A stretch of DNA of 64,000 nucleotides from Macrostomum lignano (taxonomy: Eukaryota), in assembly GCA_002269645.1 (NCBI GenBank), contig NIVC01002138.1, positions 96,708 to 160,707 of the forward strand, given 5' to 3'. Below the pieces are notes generated by a model. That model saw nothing but the letters and a program-made list of their open reading frames with translations. It did no database searches and was not told where the DNA came from. Made by a program: the position numbers and the translations under genes. Shown here in pieces: positions 1 to 14,600 of the stretch. Position 1 is the stretch's first letter; each line of letters opens with the position of its first letter.

Positions 1-223
1 ATTCTGATCAGTGAGATCTGGGGATCTGATCTGTGAGATCTGGGGATCTGAGCTATGAGATCTAGGGATCTGAGCTGTGAGATCTGATCTGTGAGATCTG
101 GAGATCTGATCTTCGAGATCTGGGATTCTGATCAGTGAGATCTGGGGATCTGATCAGTGAGATCTGGGGATCTGATCAGTGAGATCTGGGATTCTGATCA
201 GTGAGATCTGGGGATCTGATCTA
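1..223. repeat. 22-bp minisatellite (GAGATCTGGGGATCTGATCAGT), truncated by window edge
   Basis: GAGATCTG recurs at 13, 35 and onward with degenerate units. Confidence 0.9.
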
Positions 224-1021
224 TGACAATTTTTGAGAAAAATGCTTGGTTGATATCAAAGAGCCTCAGAAATCAATGAATCCCAGTGAGAAATCATGGG
301 TTTGATTTATCAACTTTGAGAAAATCAATCAAAACAAAATTCAGAAAGACATCTTGGCCAACTGACTGTTAAAGCTTGTTGCTTCCAAAGCTCTCAGAAC
401 ATAAAAGTACAGAAACACTAATCTCAGTGCTGGCAGATGGCAGAAAGAAATTCGCGCGTTTGAACTCGACTTACAGACAGAAGCCAACCCCCGAGCCGAG
501 GCGTTACATGCAAAGGATTACACGATTAGGGTTGGAAAGTGTGCTGGCCCGGCGGCCGATGGGATTAAGTTATAGGAAAGCTCCTATTTGAGTTCTGGTC
601 GAACAGGCATCAAATGACCAAATAACGCTACCCTAGTTCCACCCTCCGGCAAAGCAAAACGGATTACACAGAAAGTACATTTCTTTCGTGTTTGCGTATG
701 CCGTAATGTAAACCAAGTCTCATAAGCTACTGATTCCCGATTTACTGCTATAGCCAGTACAGCCCATAACGGAGAACTATCGAGCCGTTATTGATTTTGT
801 TTCCAAACCTGCAAGCTTTACCCGGTTCTTTTGACTCCTGTCCTGAGTTGAAAGAGGGAAAATTTTGCAAAGATGAGTAGAAATGAAGCTCATACACGAA
901 AATAAGACATAAGCAGAAATTTATAAAATCTGCCTCTAAAGTCTAAGATTTTTTAATGAATCACTAGTTTCCCGGCCCTAGAATTTAGTGGTCCCTGCAC
1001 TTGCTCTTTCTTCGGGTTGTC

Positions 1022-1580
1022 TCTGCCATTACCCCCCCCCCTTCTCAGGTCTGTCTGCCATTATCCTCCCCCTTCTCAGGACTGTCTGCCATTATCCTCC
1101 CCCCTTCTCAGGACTGTCTGCCATTACCCCCCCCCTTCTCAGGACTGTCTGCCATTATCCTCCCCCCTTCTCAGGACTGTCTGCCATTATCCTCCCCCTT
1201 CTCAGGACTGTCTGCCATTACCCCCCCCTTCTCAGGACTGTCTGCCATTATCCTCCCCCCTTCTCAGGACTGTCTGCCATTAACCTCCCCCCCTTCTCAG
1301 GACTGTCTGCCATTAACCTCCCCCCCTTCTCAGGACTGTCTGCCATTACCCCCCCTTCTCAGGACTGTCTGCCATTATCCTCCCCCCTTCTCAGGACTGG
1401 CCATTACCCCCCATTCTTAGGAATGTCTGCCATTACCCCCCATTCTCAGGACTGTCTGCCATTAACCCCAATTTTCAGGACTGTCTGCTATTAACCTCCC
1501 ATTCTTAGGAATGTCTGCCATTACCCCCCATTCTCAGGACTGTCTGCCGTTAACCCCCCTTTCTCAGGACTGTCTCTGCC
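1022..1580. repeat. 31-33-bp minisatellite (CTTCTCAGGACTGTCTGCCATTATCCTCCCC)
   Basis: CTTCTCAGG at 1041, 1072 and onward; the length of the C-run varies. It explains the repetitive ORFs at 988-1494. Confidence 0.92.
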
Positions 1581-3574
1581 ATAATCCTTTGATTCTTTGG
1601 GTTTTTGTCTGCAATTAATCTAACGACATGTAATCCAGAGAGTCTGCAAACTCTGTCCTGCCTTGAATTAGGTTAGCAAGACGTCAAGACGTCAAGACGT
1701 TAAAGCTCCAAAACATCGGGTTCAAGTAATTAAATATACGTAGAAAAGTTATGCGTAAACAGGTTCCCCTGAGCCTACTTATTAGTGCTGCTGTAAGTAG
1801 CATGTGGCAAATGTTTTGCCAAACTACCAAAACAGCAATAAGTGCATTCATTCAGTCATATTATTGTTGTTGTATTGCGATTGTAATAAGAATTCAAATG
1901 ATTTATCATTTGTGCTCTGAATCTGAAAGGCTCTGAGGCATGCACCAGCTTTCCTTTCGACAGGGCAAATTAACTCAAACCCAGCTAGAAATTGAGATTG
2001 CAGATTGATTATGTGACGGTTGAGGCCTTTTAAAAGCTTAATAATGACATGAGAATGATAACGAGGCCATCCCTCTCCATCAGTTTATATTGCTCTGCTT
2101 CGTTTTAATTCTCAATTCTCATGGATCAAACGGAAGGCCTTTTTGACGAAGCTTCGAGATCCAGGCCAGTTTTCAATTCTAGTAAAAAGCCCTGAAAGCA
2201 GATGCTAAAAAACAAAATACATAGCTAGTTCGAGGAAAGCAAAATTTGAAAGCATTAACTTCATCATCTGATCCTTTAGCAACAAAATCTTATCCTAATA
2301 TATATAGGGATAATTTCTGATCAGGTATTTCAATAGAAACAGCACAAGCAATATCTATAGCTGTAAGTAAGTCTAATAAGACCTGTAGGCTGTAATCCGA
2401 AACTCGAGCAAGAGAGTGCAGTGCACTTATGCAGACATGCACCACGTGATCGCAGGCTCCAGCCAAAGCAAAGCGTCATGAAGCGCACTGAAAATGCTCG
2501 ATAGATAGCATTTTTTTAGATTGTTTCCATTTCAGTTTGCAACAGAGGCAGACAGGAGAGGCCGGAGGGGCTTTGTTTATTTTATTGTTGCCAGTTTAGT
2601 GGCGGCATCCATGAGATCCAGGGGCCAAGTGGAATTCTTTGTTATTAAAAAACATTTTTGTTCTTATAAATCAAGGAGATCTAGAAGCAGAATCTGGACT
2701 CCAGAGTTACTTAACCAGCTTTCATAAATTCTGATTTTCCCAGTTTTCTGGGAAAACACAACAGAGGCAAGTTTTTAGCTTACGTAACGTGTCGTTAAAT
2801 CACGTTTACGTCTTAACGTCTTAACGTCTTGAAACAATGTTGCAAAACTACACTCGAACGTCTCGAAGTAAGGAACATTAGTTTGAGTAAAAACTTGAAA
2901 AAATATATTTTTCAAATAATTTCTTGAAATCCTGAAATTGGGATTCCAATCCAATCCAACCCTGAGAATGAGGGTTTAGGGTCATTAGGGAAGAGTTAAA
3001 GTACTCCAGGTTCTAGTTCAAGGTCTTCGTGGTTTACTACCCATTCATATAGATAGATATAGCGTTAGTATCAATACAAGCAAATGCATGGGCTAAGACT
3101 AAAGACTATTTAAACGAGATAAATCGCTGGCCCCAGACCCAGACAAGGTCCAAGTTTAAGTGCGCCTGCACCAATTGGTAATAAAAAAATTGGTCTGTGC
3201 GTGCGTGCGACCCCACCCACCCACTAATGTACACAGTGACAAAGCTGGTACGAGATTCCCCTAAGTCTCAACTTCAACTTTGCTTGATATAGCAATAAGA
3301 TGGTTATTTTGCAGCTTCGAACCACTAGAGGCAGCAAGGCTGAGCTAAAATAACTGAACATTGTTTATGGCTCGTCGGCTCGTAAATAAATGTTAAGGGT
3401 AGCTGGAGAACAGGACAAAGGGTATTGGGAACTGGGAAGGAGGTCAAATCGAAGCTTAAAAAGTTGGCTTTAATTTCAACCCTGCAACTGCCTTGCATTG
3501 GTCTGCATTCACCATGTGAGCTCAATAGTATAGCTCAGTAGATAAATGCAAGATTTGCATCAAGTGTGACTCAC

Positions 3575-4243
3575 CACCACCAGCGCTTGCTGCTCATCCT
3601 CGTCTTCGCCTTCCTCTTCAGCGATAGACTGGCTTCGCTGTCGTCTAGAAGCCGACCGAGCTTGCTGCAGCCGCTGTCTCTGGTGGCCCATAAAATTGCG
3701 CAAATCTTCGCGCAGTGTAGCCAGCCTGTTACCGGGGCCCACTGTTGTCGAGGAAGGTGATGAAGGCGGCGACGGCACTGGCACCTCCTCGCTTTTAGTT
3801 CGCCGCCTGCGTCGGCGTATAAGCAGGCCGGATGTGGCTGCCTGCAGAGGCTCCAGCAGTCGACGCGGCTGGGCAGGTGGCGGAGACGAGGCGGCCGCTG
3901 AGATGCCACTATCAGCGGAGGGATGTGAGCAGTGAGCGGAGCTGGGGCCAGTCTGAGTCTGCGACAGCGGCGTCAAAGGCAGATCAGAAAACACGCTGTC
4001 GTCACATTCGCCGCATTGATTGTTGCTGTTGCAGCTGTGAGGCGATTCCGGCTGATGCTGGCCGCCCCTGTCTAGCGATGATGAAGCTGTCTCTTGATCT
4101 TCGAACGGTGGCGATTGTAGCGGTGCCATTGGTGGCAATTTGGCCAGTTCACTGTCAATCTCTTCTTGTCTTTCAAGTCCGAGGCCCACTCTGTACTGGG
4201 ACTGGTAGTTATCGTCTTGATCTGCCGAATGATGACGCTGCAT
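3575..4243 (-). CDS. First coding exon of an unidentified low-complexity Ser/Pro/Arg-rich protein (downstream exons not resolved)
   Basis: GC-rich open frame MQRHHSADQDD...EDEDEQQALVV. The ATG lies 4 nt after a TTAG acceptor (4249-4248), and a GTGAGT donor starts at 3574. No recognisable domain. Confidence 0.6.
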
Positions 4244-5676
4244 TTTTCTAATTTGTTTTAGCGCATACTTTAGTGATAGACAGAACCTTGGAATTTTGGA
4301 AAGTGGGAAATAGATAATAGACTGCTATAAATAGGACTCGGGGAACTGCTGGTTGACGAAGGAAAGGGGGCCTGGGAAGGAATTCCGTGCACTAAGGTCG
4401 TAAATAGTTAAATTGAACGAAACAAATTGGGCCTTAAATGTACATATTGGTTCTTAGATGGACCTCTTAGCATTTGTACATTAGCCAATTTGGGGTGGTT
4501 AAGGTTTGGGGGGACTGGGACAGACAGACGGGGGGTTGAGTTTTAACTGTGGAGTTTAATTTTGAAAGAGAGAAGGTGGGTTTGGAATCAGCCAATGGCA
4601 GGCGGTCCTTTTCGCTTTAAGCCCCAACCCCCAATCCTGATAAGGAAAATGACAAACGAGACGAGGACTTATTACATTACATGTACAGTTAAGTAAGCTT
4701 TAAAATCTTAAGTACGACTAGAATATAATTATATAATAAACAACATTGAATGCCATTTTAACTGAACCAATAACTGATCTGATATAATACTTTTTTCTTT
4801 TATCAAATACAGCAAAAAAGACTCGATTAGAGAAGACTTTGTTTAGTCCCTCTCTCACAGTCTCGGCTAACCTGGGGACAAAGGTGGTTTATTCGTTCTT
4901 TTCGTGTTTCTACTGCCACTAGCATTGTCGCTTTTCTCTGGTGGGTTTGTGCATGCTTCAACTGCAAGGTTCGCTGGGTTTTTTCCTTCTTGACCTCCAG
5001 CAGTCCATATTATCCATGTATGCAGTTTTAGCCATGTACATTCCTATAACAGGAAAAGAAATAAAAAAATCAGGACGTTAGTTATTGCTTTACTCTTTTA
5101 CAGTACACAGTGAACTTTTCGGTGGTCGTGTTTTCCATCTTGCATGTATCAATTATCAACTAAGCCAACTGGCTCTGGTCGTTTGGCTTGGTTTGCGAAA
5201 TGTCCCATTGCAAAACAATGAATTATTCATAATGTTATGTGTTTATTATGTTATGTGCCGCAGCTGCGCATCACTTTATTGCTAACAAGTTTAATCCTTA
5301 ATTGCTTTTTCCTACAGTCCCTGAAAGCCTGATAAAATCAACCTTCACGTGTCACTCACTGAAAGTACAAATAAACATGAGCAACTAGTTACGAAATAAA
5401 GCATAGAAATATTTGAAAAAGCAAGTTAACTTTTTCTTGTCAAAAAAGATACATAAATTTTTGCTGTATTTAAAAGAACTAAAACTTATAACAGGGTATT
5501 TGCGATTGTATAAGCTCTAATTTATTTAGTTCTCGGAATCAGGGCTTCCACAATGGAGGAAAAGCATAGTTAGTTTCGATTTGAAATGCGTTTTGCTACA
5601 TGCATTTTAACACCCTGTAAAACCGCGTTATACGTTAGCACTCTTAATATAGCTTGTAAACACCTATACTTCTGCA

Positions 5677-8600
5677 TCCTAAAACATCAATTTAAAAACC
5701 CTAAAACACCGATTTAAGAACCCTAAAACATTTTTGAAAACCCTAAAACACCAATTTAAGAACCCTAAAACACCAATTTAAGAACCCTAAAACACCAATT
5801 TAAGAACCCTAAAACACCAATTTAAGAACCCTAAAACACCAATTTAAGAACCCTAAAACACCGATTTAAGAACCCTAAAACATTTTTGAAAACCCTAAAA
5901 CACCAATTTAAGAACCCTAAAACACCAATTTAAGAACCCTAAAACACCAATTTAAGAACCCTAAAACACCTATTTAAGAACCCTAAAACACCTATTTAAG
6001 AACCCTAAAACACCAATTTAAGAACCCTAACACACCAATTTAAGAACCCTAACACACCAATTTAAGAACCCCAACACACCAATTTAAGAACCCTAAAACA
6101 CCAATTTAAGAACCCTAACACACCAATTTAAGAACCCTAACACACCAATTTAAGAACCCCAACACACCAATTTAAGAACCCTAAAACACCTATTTAAGAA
6201 CCCTAAAACACCTATTTAAGAACCCTAAAACACCAATTTAAGAACCCTAAAACACCAATTTAAGAACCCTAACACACCAATTTAAGAACCCCAACACACC
6301 AATTTAAGAACCCTAACACACCAATTTAAGAACCCTAACACACCAACTTAAGAACCCTAAAACACCAATTTAAGAACCCTAACACACCAATTTAAGAACC
6401 TAACACACCTATTTAAGAACCCTAACACACCAATTTAAGAACCCTAAAACACCTATTTAAGAACCCTAACACACCAATTTAAGAACCCTAACACACCTAT
6501 TTAAGAATCCTAAAACATCAATTTAAAAACCCTAAAACACTGATTTAGGAAACCCTAAAACATTTTTGAAAACCCTAAAACACCAACTTAAGAACCCTAA
6601 CACACCAACTTAAGAACCCTAAAACACCTATTTAAGAACCCTAAAACATTTTTGAAAACCCTAAAACACCAATTTAAGAACCCTAAAACATTTTTGAAAA
6701 CCCTAAAACATCAACTTAAGAACCCTAACACACCAACTTAAGAACCCTAAAACACCAATTTAAGAACCCTAAAACACCAATTTAAGAACCCTAAAACACC
6801 TATTTAAGAACCCTAAAACACCTATTTAAGAACCCTAAAACACCTATTTAAGAACCCTAACACACCAATTAAGGAGCCCTAAAACACCAATTTAAGAACC
6901 CTAACACACCAATTTAAGAACCCTAAAACACCAATTTAAGAACCCTAACACACCAATTTAAGAACCCTAAAACACCAATTTAAGAACCCTAACACACCAA
7001 TTTAAGAACCCTAAAACACCTATTTAAGAACCCTAAAACACCAATTTAAGAACCCTAACACACCAATTTAAGAACCCTAACACACCAATTTAAGAACCCT
7101 AACACACCAATTTAAGAACCCTAAAACACCTATTTAAGAACCCTAAAACACCAATTTAAGAACCCTAACACACCAATTTAAGAACCCTAACACACCAATT
7201 TAAGAACCCTAAAACACCTATTTAAGAACCCTAAAACACCAATTCAAGAACCCTAAAACACCAATTTAAGAAACCTAACACACCAATTTAAGAACCCTAA
7301 AACACCAATTTAAGAACCCCAAAACACCTATTTAAGAACCCTAAAACACCAATTTAAGAACCCTAAAACACCTATTTAAGAACCCTAACACACCAATTTA
7401 AGAACCCTAACACACCAATTTAAGAACCCTAAAACACCTATTTAAGAACCCTAAAACACCTATTTAAGAACCCTAAAACACCTATTTAAGAACCCTAACA
7501 CACCAATTTAAGAACCCTAACACACCAATTTAAGAACCCTAAAACACCTATTTAAGAACCCTAAAACACCTATTTAAGAACCCTAAAACACCTATTTAAG
7601 AACCCTAACACACCAATTTAAGAACCCTAACACACCAATTTAAGAACCCTAAAACACCAATTTAAGAACCCTAACACACCAATTTAAGAACCCTAAAACA
7701 CCTATTTAAGAACCCTAAAACACCTATTTAAGAACCCTAAAACACCTATTTAAGAACCCTAAAACACCTATTTAAGAACCCTAACACACCAATTTAAGAA
7801 CCCTAAAACACCTATTTAAGAACCCTAACACACCAACTTAAGAACCCTAAAACACCAATTTAAGAACCCTAACACACCAATTTAAGAACCCTAAAACACC
7901 TATTTAAGAACCCTAACACACCAATTTAAGAACCCTAAAACACCAATTTAAGAACCCTAACACACCAATTTAAGAACCCTAACACACCAATTTAAGAACC
8001 CTAAAACACCAATTTAAGAACCCCAAAACACCTATTTAAGAACCCTAAAACACCAATTTAAGAACCCTAAAACACCAATTTAAGAACCCTAAAACACCTA
8101 TTTAAGAACCCTAAAACACCGATTTAAGAACCCTAAAACATTTTTGAAAACCCTAAAACACCAATTTAAGAACCCTAAAACACCAATTTAAGAACCCTAA
8201 AACACCAATTTAAGAACCCTAAAACACCTATTTAAGAACCCTAAAACACCTATTTAAGAACCCTAAAACACCAATTTAAGAACCCTAACACACCAATTTA
8301 AGAACCCTAACACACCAATTTAAGAACCCCAACACACCAATTTAAGAACCCTAACACACCAATTTAAGAACCCCAACACACCAATTTAAGAACCCTAAAA
8401 CACCTATTTAAGAACCCTAAAACACCTATTTAAGAACCCTAAAACACCAATTTAAGAACCCTAAAACACCAATTTAAGAACCCTAACACACCAATTTAAG
8501 AACCCAACACACCAATTTAAGAACCCTAACACACCAATTTAAGAACCCTAACACACCAACTTAAGAACCCTAAAACACCAATTTAAGAACCCTAACACAC

Positions 8601-11600
8601 CAATTTAAGAACCCTAACACACCTATTTAAGAACCCTAACACACCAATTTAAGAACCCTAAAACACCTATTTAAGAACCCTAACACACCAATTTAAGAAC
8701 CCTAACACACCTATTTAAGAACCTAAAACATCAATTTAAAAACCCTAAAACACTGATTTAGGAAACCCTAAAACATTTTTGAAAACCCTAAAACACCAAC
8801 TTAAGAACCCTAACACACCAACTTAAGAACCCTAAAACACCTATTTAAGAACCCTAAAACATTTTTGAAAACCCTAAAACACCAATTTAAGAACCCTAAA
8901 ACATTTTTGAAAACCCTAAAACATCAACTTAAGAACCCTAACACACCAACTTAAGAACCCTAAAACACCAATTTAAGAACCCTAAAACACCAATTTAAGA
9001 ACCCTAAAACACCTATTTAAGAACCCTAAAACACCTATTTAAGAACCCTAAAACACCTATTTAAGAACCCTAACACACCAATTTAAGAACCCTAAAACAC
9101 CAATTTAAGAACCCTAACACACCAATTTAAGAACCCTAACACACCAATTTAAGAACCCTAAAACACCAATTTAAGAACCCTAACACACCAATTTAAGAAC
9201 CCTAACACACCAATTTAAGAACCCTAACACACCAATTTAAGAACCCTAACACACCAATTTAAGAACCCTAACACACCAATTTAAGAACCCTAACACACCA
9301 ATTTAAGAACCCTAACACACCAATTTAAGAACCCTAACACACCAATTTAAGAACCCTAACACACCAATTTAAGAACCCTAACACACCAATTTAAGAACCC
9401 TAACACACCAATTTAAGAACCCTAACACACCAATTTAAGAACCTAACACACCAATTTAAGAACCCTAACACACCAATTTAAGAACCCTAACACACCAATT
9501 TAAGAACCCTAAAACACCAATTTAAGAACCCTAACACACCAATTTAAGAACCCTAAAACACCTATTTAAGAACCCTAACACACCAATTTAGAACCCTAAC
9601 ACACCAATTTAAGAACCCTAACACACCAATTTAAGAACCCTAAAACACCTATTTAAGAACCCTAAAACACCAATTTAAGAACCCTAACACACCAATTTAA
9701 GAACCCTAACACACCAATTTAAGAACCCTAAAACACCAATTTAAGAACCCTAACACACCAATTTAAGAACCCTAAAACACCTATTTAAGAACCCTAAAAC
9801 ACCAATTCAAGAACCCTAAAACACCAATTTAAGAACCCTAAAACACCTATTTAAGAACCCTAAAACACCGATTTAAGAACCCTAAAACATTTTTGAAAAC
9901 CCTAAAACACCTATTTAAGAACCCTAAAACATTTTTGAAAACCCTAAAACACCAATTTAAGAACCCTAAAACATTTTTGAAAACCCTAAAACATCAACTT
10001 AAGAACCCTAACACACCAACTTAAGAACCCTAAAACACCAATTTAAGAACCCTAAAACACCAATTTAAGAACCCTAAAACACCTATTTAAGAACCCTAAA
10101 ACACCTATTTAAGAACCCTAAAACACCTATTTAAGAACCCTAACACACCAATTTAAGAGCCCTAAAACACCAATTTAAGAACCCTAACACACCAATTTAA
10201 GAACCCTAAAACACCAATTTAAGAACCCTAACACACCAATTTAAGAACCCTAAAACACCAATTTAAGAACCCTAACACACCAATTTAAGAACCCTAAAAC
10301 ACCTATTTAAGAACCCTAAAACACCAATTTAAGAACCCTAACACACCAATTTAAGAACCCTAACACACCAATTTAAGAACCCTAACACACCAATTTAAGA
10401 ACCCTAAAACACCTATTTAAGAACCCTAAAACACCAATTTAAGAACCCTAACACACCAATTTAAGAACCCTAACACACCAATTTAAGAACCCTAAAACAC
10501 CTATTTAAGAACCCTAAAACACCAATTCAAGAACCCTAAAACACCAATTTAAGAACCTAACACACCAATTTAAGAACCCTAAAACACCAATTTAAGAACC
10601 CAAAACACCTATTTAAGAACCCTAAAACACCAATTTAAGAACCCTAAAACACCTATTTAAGAACCCTAACACACCAATTTAAGAACCCTAACACACCAAT
10701 TTAAGAACCCTAAAACACCTATTTAAGAACCCTAAAACACCTATTTAAGAACCCTAAAACACCTATTTAAGAACCCTAACACACCAATTTAAGAACCCTA
10801 ACACACCAATTTAAGAACCCTAAAACACCTATTTAAGAACCCTAAAACACCTATTTAAGAACCCTAAAACACCTATTTAAGAACCCTAACACACCAATTT
10901 AAGAACCCTAACACACCAATTTAAGAACCCTAAAACACCAATTTAAGAACCCTAACACACCAATTTAAGAACCCTAAAACACCTATTTAAGAACCCTAAA
11001 ACACCTATTTAAGAACCCTAAAACACCTATTTAAGAACCCTAAAACACCTATTTAAGAACCCTAACACACCAATTTAAGAACCCTAAAACACCTATTTAA
11101 GAACCCTAACACACCAACTTAAGAACCCTAAAACACCAATTTAAGAACCCTAACACACCAATTTAAGAACCCTAAAACACCTATTTAAGAACCCTAACAC
11201 ACCAATTTAAGAACCCTAAAACACCAATTTAAGAACCCTAACACACCAATTTAAGAACCCTAACACACCAATTTAAGAACCCTAAAACACCAATTTAAGA
11301 ACCCCAAAACACCTATTTAAGAACCCTAAAACACCAATTCAAGAACCCTAAAACACCAATTTAAGAACCCTAAAACACCTATTTAAGAACCCTAAAACAC
11401 CGATTTAAGAACCCTAAAACATTTTTGAAAACCCTAAAACACCAATTTAAGAACCCTAAAACACCAATTTAAGAACCCTAAAACACCAATTTAAGAACCC
11501 TAAAACACCTATTTAAGAACCCTAAAACACCTATTTAAGAACCCTAAAACACCAATTTAAGAACCCTAACACACCAATTTAAGAACCCTAACACACCAAT

Positions 11601-14600
11601 TTAAGAACCCCAACACACCAATTTAAGAACCCTAACACACCAATTTAAGAACCCTAACACACCAACTTAAGAACCCTAAAACACCAATTTAAGAACCCTA
11701 ACACACCAATTTAAGAACCCTAACACACCTATTTAAGAACCCTAACACACCAATTTAAGAACCCTAAAACACCTATTTAAGAACCCTAACACACCAATTT
11801 AAGAACCCTAACACACCTATTTAAGAATCCTAAAACATCAATTTAAAAACCCTAAAACACTGATTTAGGAAACCCTAAAACATTTTTGAAAACCCTAAAA
11901 CACCAACTTAAGAACCCTAACACACCAACTTAAGAACCCTAAAACACCTATTTAAGAACCCTAAAACATTTTTGAAAACCCTAAAACACCAATTTAAGAA
12001 CCCTAAAACATTTTTGAAAACCCTAAAACATCAACTTAAGAACCCTAACACACCAACTTAAGAACCCTAAAACACCAATTTAAGAACCCTAAAACACCAA
12101 TTTAAGAACCCTAAAACACCTATTTAAGAACCCTAAAACACCTATTTAAGAACCCTAAAACACCTATTTAAGAACCCTAACACACCAATTTAAGAACCCT
12201 AAAACACCAATTTAAGAGCCCTAACACACCAATTTAAGAACCCTAACACACCAATTTAAGAACCCTAAAACACCAATTTAAGAACCCTAACACACCAATT
12301 TAAGAACCCTAACACACCAATTTAAGAACCCTAACACACCAATTTAAGAACCCTAACACACCAATTTAAGAACCCTAACACACCAATTTAAGAACCCTAA
12401 CACACCAATTTAAGAACCCTAACACACCAATTTAAGAACCCTAACACACCAATTTAAGAACCCTAACACACCAATTTAAGAACCCTAACACACCAATTTA
12501 AGAACCCTAACACACCAATTTAAGAACCCTAACACACCAATTTAAGAACTCTAACACACCAATTTAAGAACCCTAACACACCAATTTAAGAACCCTAACA
12601 CACCAACTTAAGAACCCTAAAACACCAATTTAAGAACCCTAACACACCAATTTAAGAACCCTAAAACACCTATTTAAGAACCCTAACACACCAATTTAAG
12701 AACCCTAACACACCAATTTAAGAACCCTAACACACCAATTTAAGAACCCTAAAACACCTATTTAAGAACCCTAAAACACCAATTTAAGAACCCTAACACA
12801 CCAATTTAAGAACCCTAACACACCAATTTAAGAACCCTAAAACACCAATTTAAGAACCCTAACACACCAATTTAAGAACCCTAAAACACCTATTTAAGAA
12901 CCCTAAAACACCAATTCAAGAACCCTAAAACACCAATTTAAGAACCCTAAAACACCTATTTAAGAACCCTAAAACACCGATTTAAGAACCCTAAAACATT
13001 TTTGAAAACCCTAAAACACCAATTTAAGAACCCTAAAACACCAATTTAAGAACCCTAAAACACCAATTTAAGAACCCTAAAACACCTATTTAAGAACCCT
13101 AAAACACCTATTTAAGAACCCTAAAACACCAATTTAAGAACCCTAACACACCAATTTAAGAACCCTAACACACCAATTTAAGAACCCCAACACACCAATT
13201 TAAGAACCCTAAAACACCAATTTAAGAACCCTAACACACCAATTTAAGAACCCTAACACACCAATTTAAGAACCCCAACACACCAATTTAAGAACCCTAA
13301 AACACCTATTTAAGAACCCTAAAACACCTATTTAAGAACCCTAAAACACCAATTTAAGAACCCTAAAACACCAATTTAAGAACCCTAACACACCAATTTA
13401 AGAACCCCAACACACCAATTTAAGAACCCTAACACACCAATTTAAGAACCCTAACACACCAACTTAAGAACCCTAAAACACCAATTTAAGAACCCTAACA
13501 CACCAATTTAAGAACCCTAACACACCTATTTAAGAACCCTAACACACCAATTTAAGAACCCTAAAACACCTATTTAAGAACCCTAACACACCAATTTAAG
13601 AACCCTAACACACCTATTTAAGAATCCTAAAACATCAATTTAAAAACCCTAAAACACTGATTTAGGAAACCCTAAAACATTTTTGAAAACCCTAAAACAC
13701 CAACTTAAGAACCCTAACACACCAACTTAAGAACCCTAAAACACCTATTTAAGAACCCTAAAACATTTTTGAAAACCCTAAAACACCAATTTAAGAACCC
13801 TAAAACATTTTTGAAAACCCTAAAACATCAACTTAAGAACCCTAACACACCAACTTAGGAACCCTAAAACACCAATTTAAGAACCCTAAAACACCAATTT
13901 AAGAACCCTAAAACACCTATTTAAGAACCCTAAAACACCTATTTAAGAACCCTAAAACACCTATTTAAGAACCCTAACACACCAATTTAAGAACCCTAAA
14001 ACACCAATTTAAGAGCCCTAACACACCAATTTAAGAACCCTAACACACCAATTTAAGAACCCTAAAACACCAATTTAAGAACCCTAACACACCAATTTAA
14101 GAACCCTAACACACCAATTTAAGAACCCTAACACACCAATTTAAGAACCCTAACACACCAATTTAAGAACCCTAACACACCAATTTAAGAACCCTAACAC
14201 ACCAATTTAAGAACCCTAACACACCAATTTAAGAACCCTAACACACCAATTTAAGAACCCTAACACACCAATTTAAGAACCCTAACACACCAATTTAAGA
14301 ACCCTAACACACCAATTTAAGAACCCTAACACACCAATTTAAGAACCCTAACACACCAATTTAAGAACCCTAACACACCAATTTAAGAACCCTAACACAC
14401 CAACTTAAGAACCCTAAAACACCAATTTAAGAACCCTAACACACCAATTTAAGAACCCTAAAACACCTATTTAAGAACCCTAACACACCAATTTAAGAAC
14501 CCTAACACACCAATTTAAGAACCCTAACACACCAATTTAAGAACCCTAAAACACCTATTTAAGAACCCTAAAACACCAATTTAAGAACCCTAACACACCA

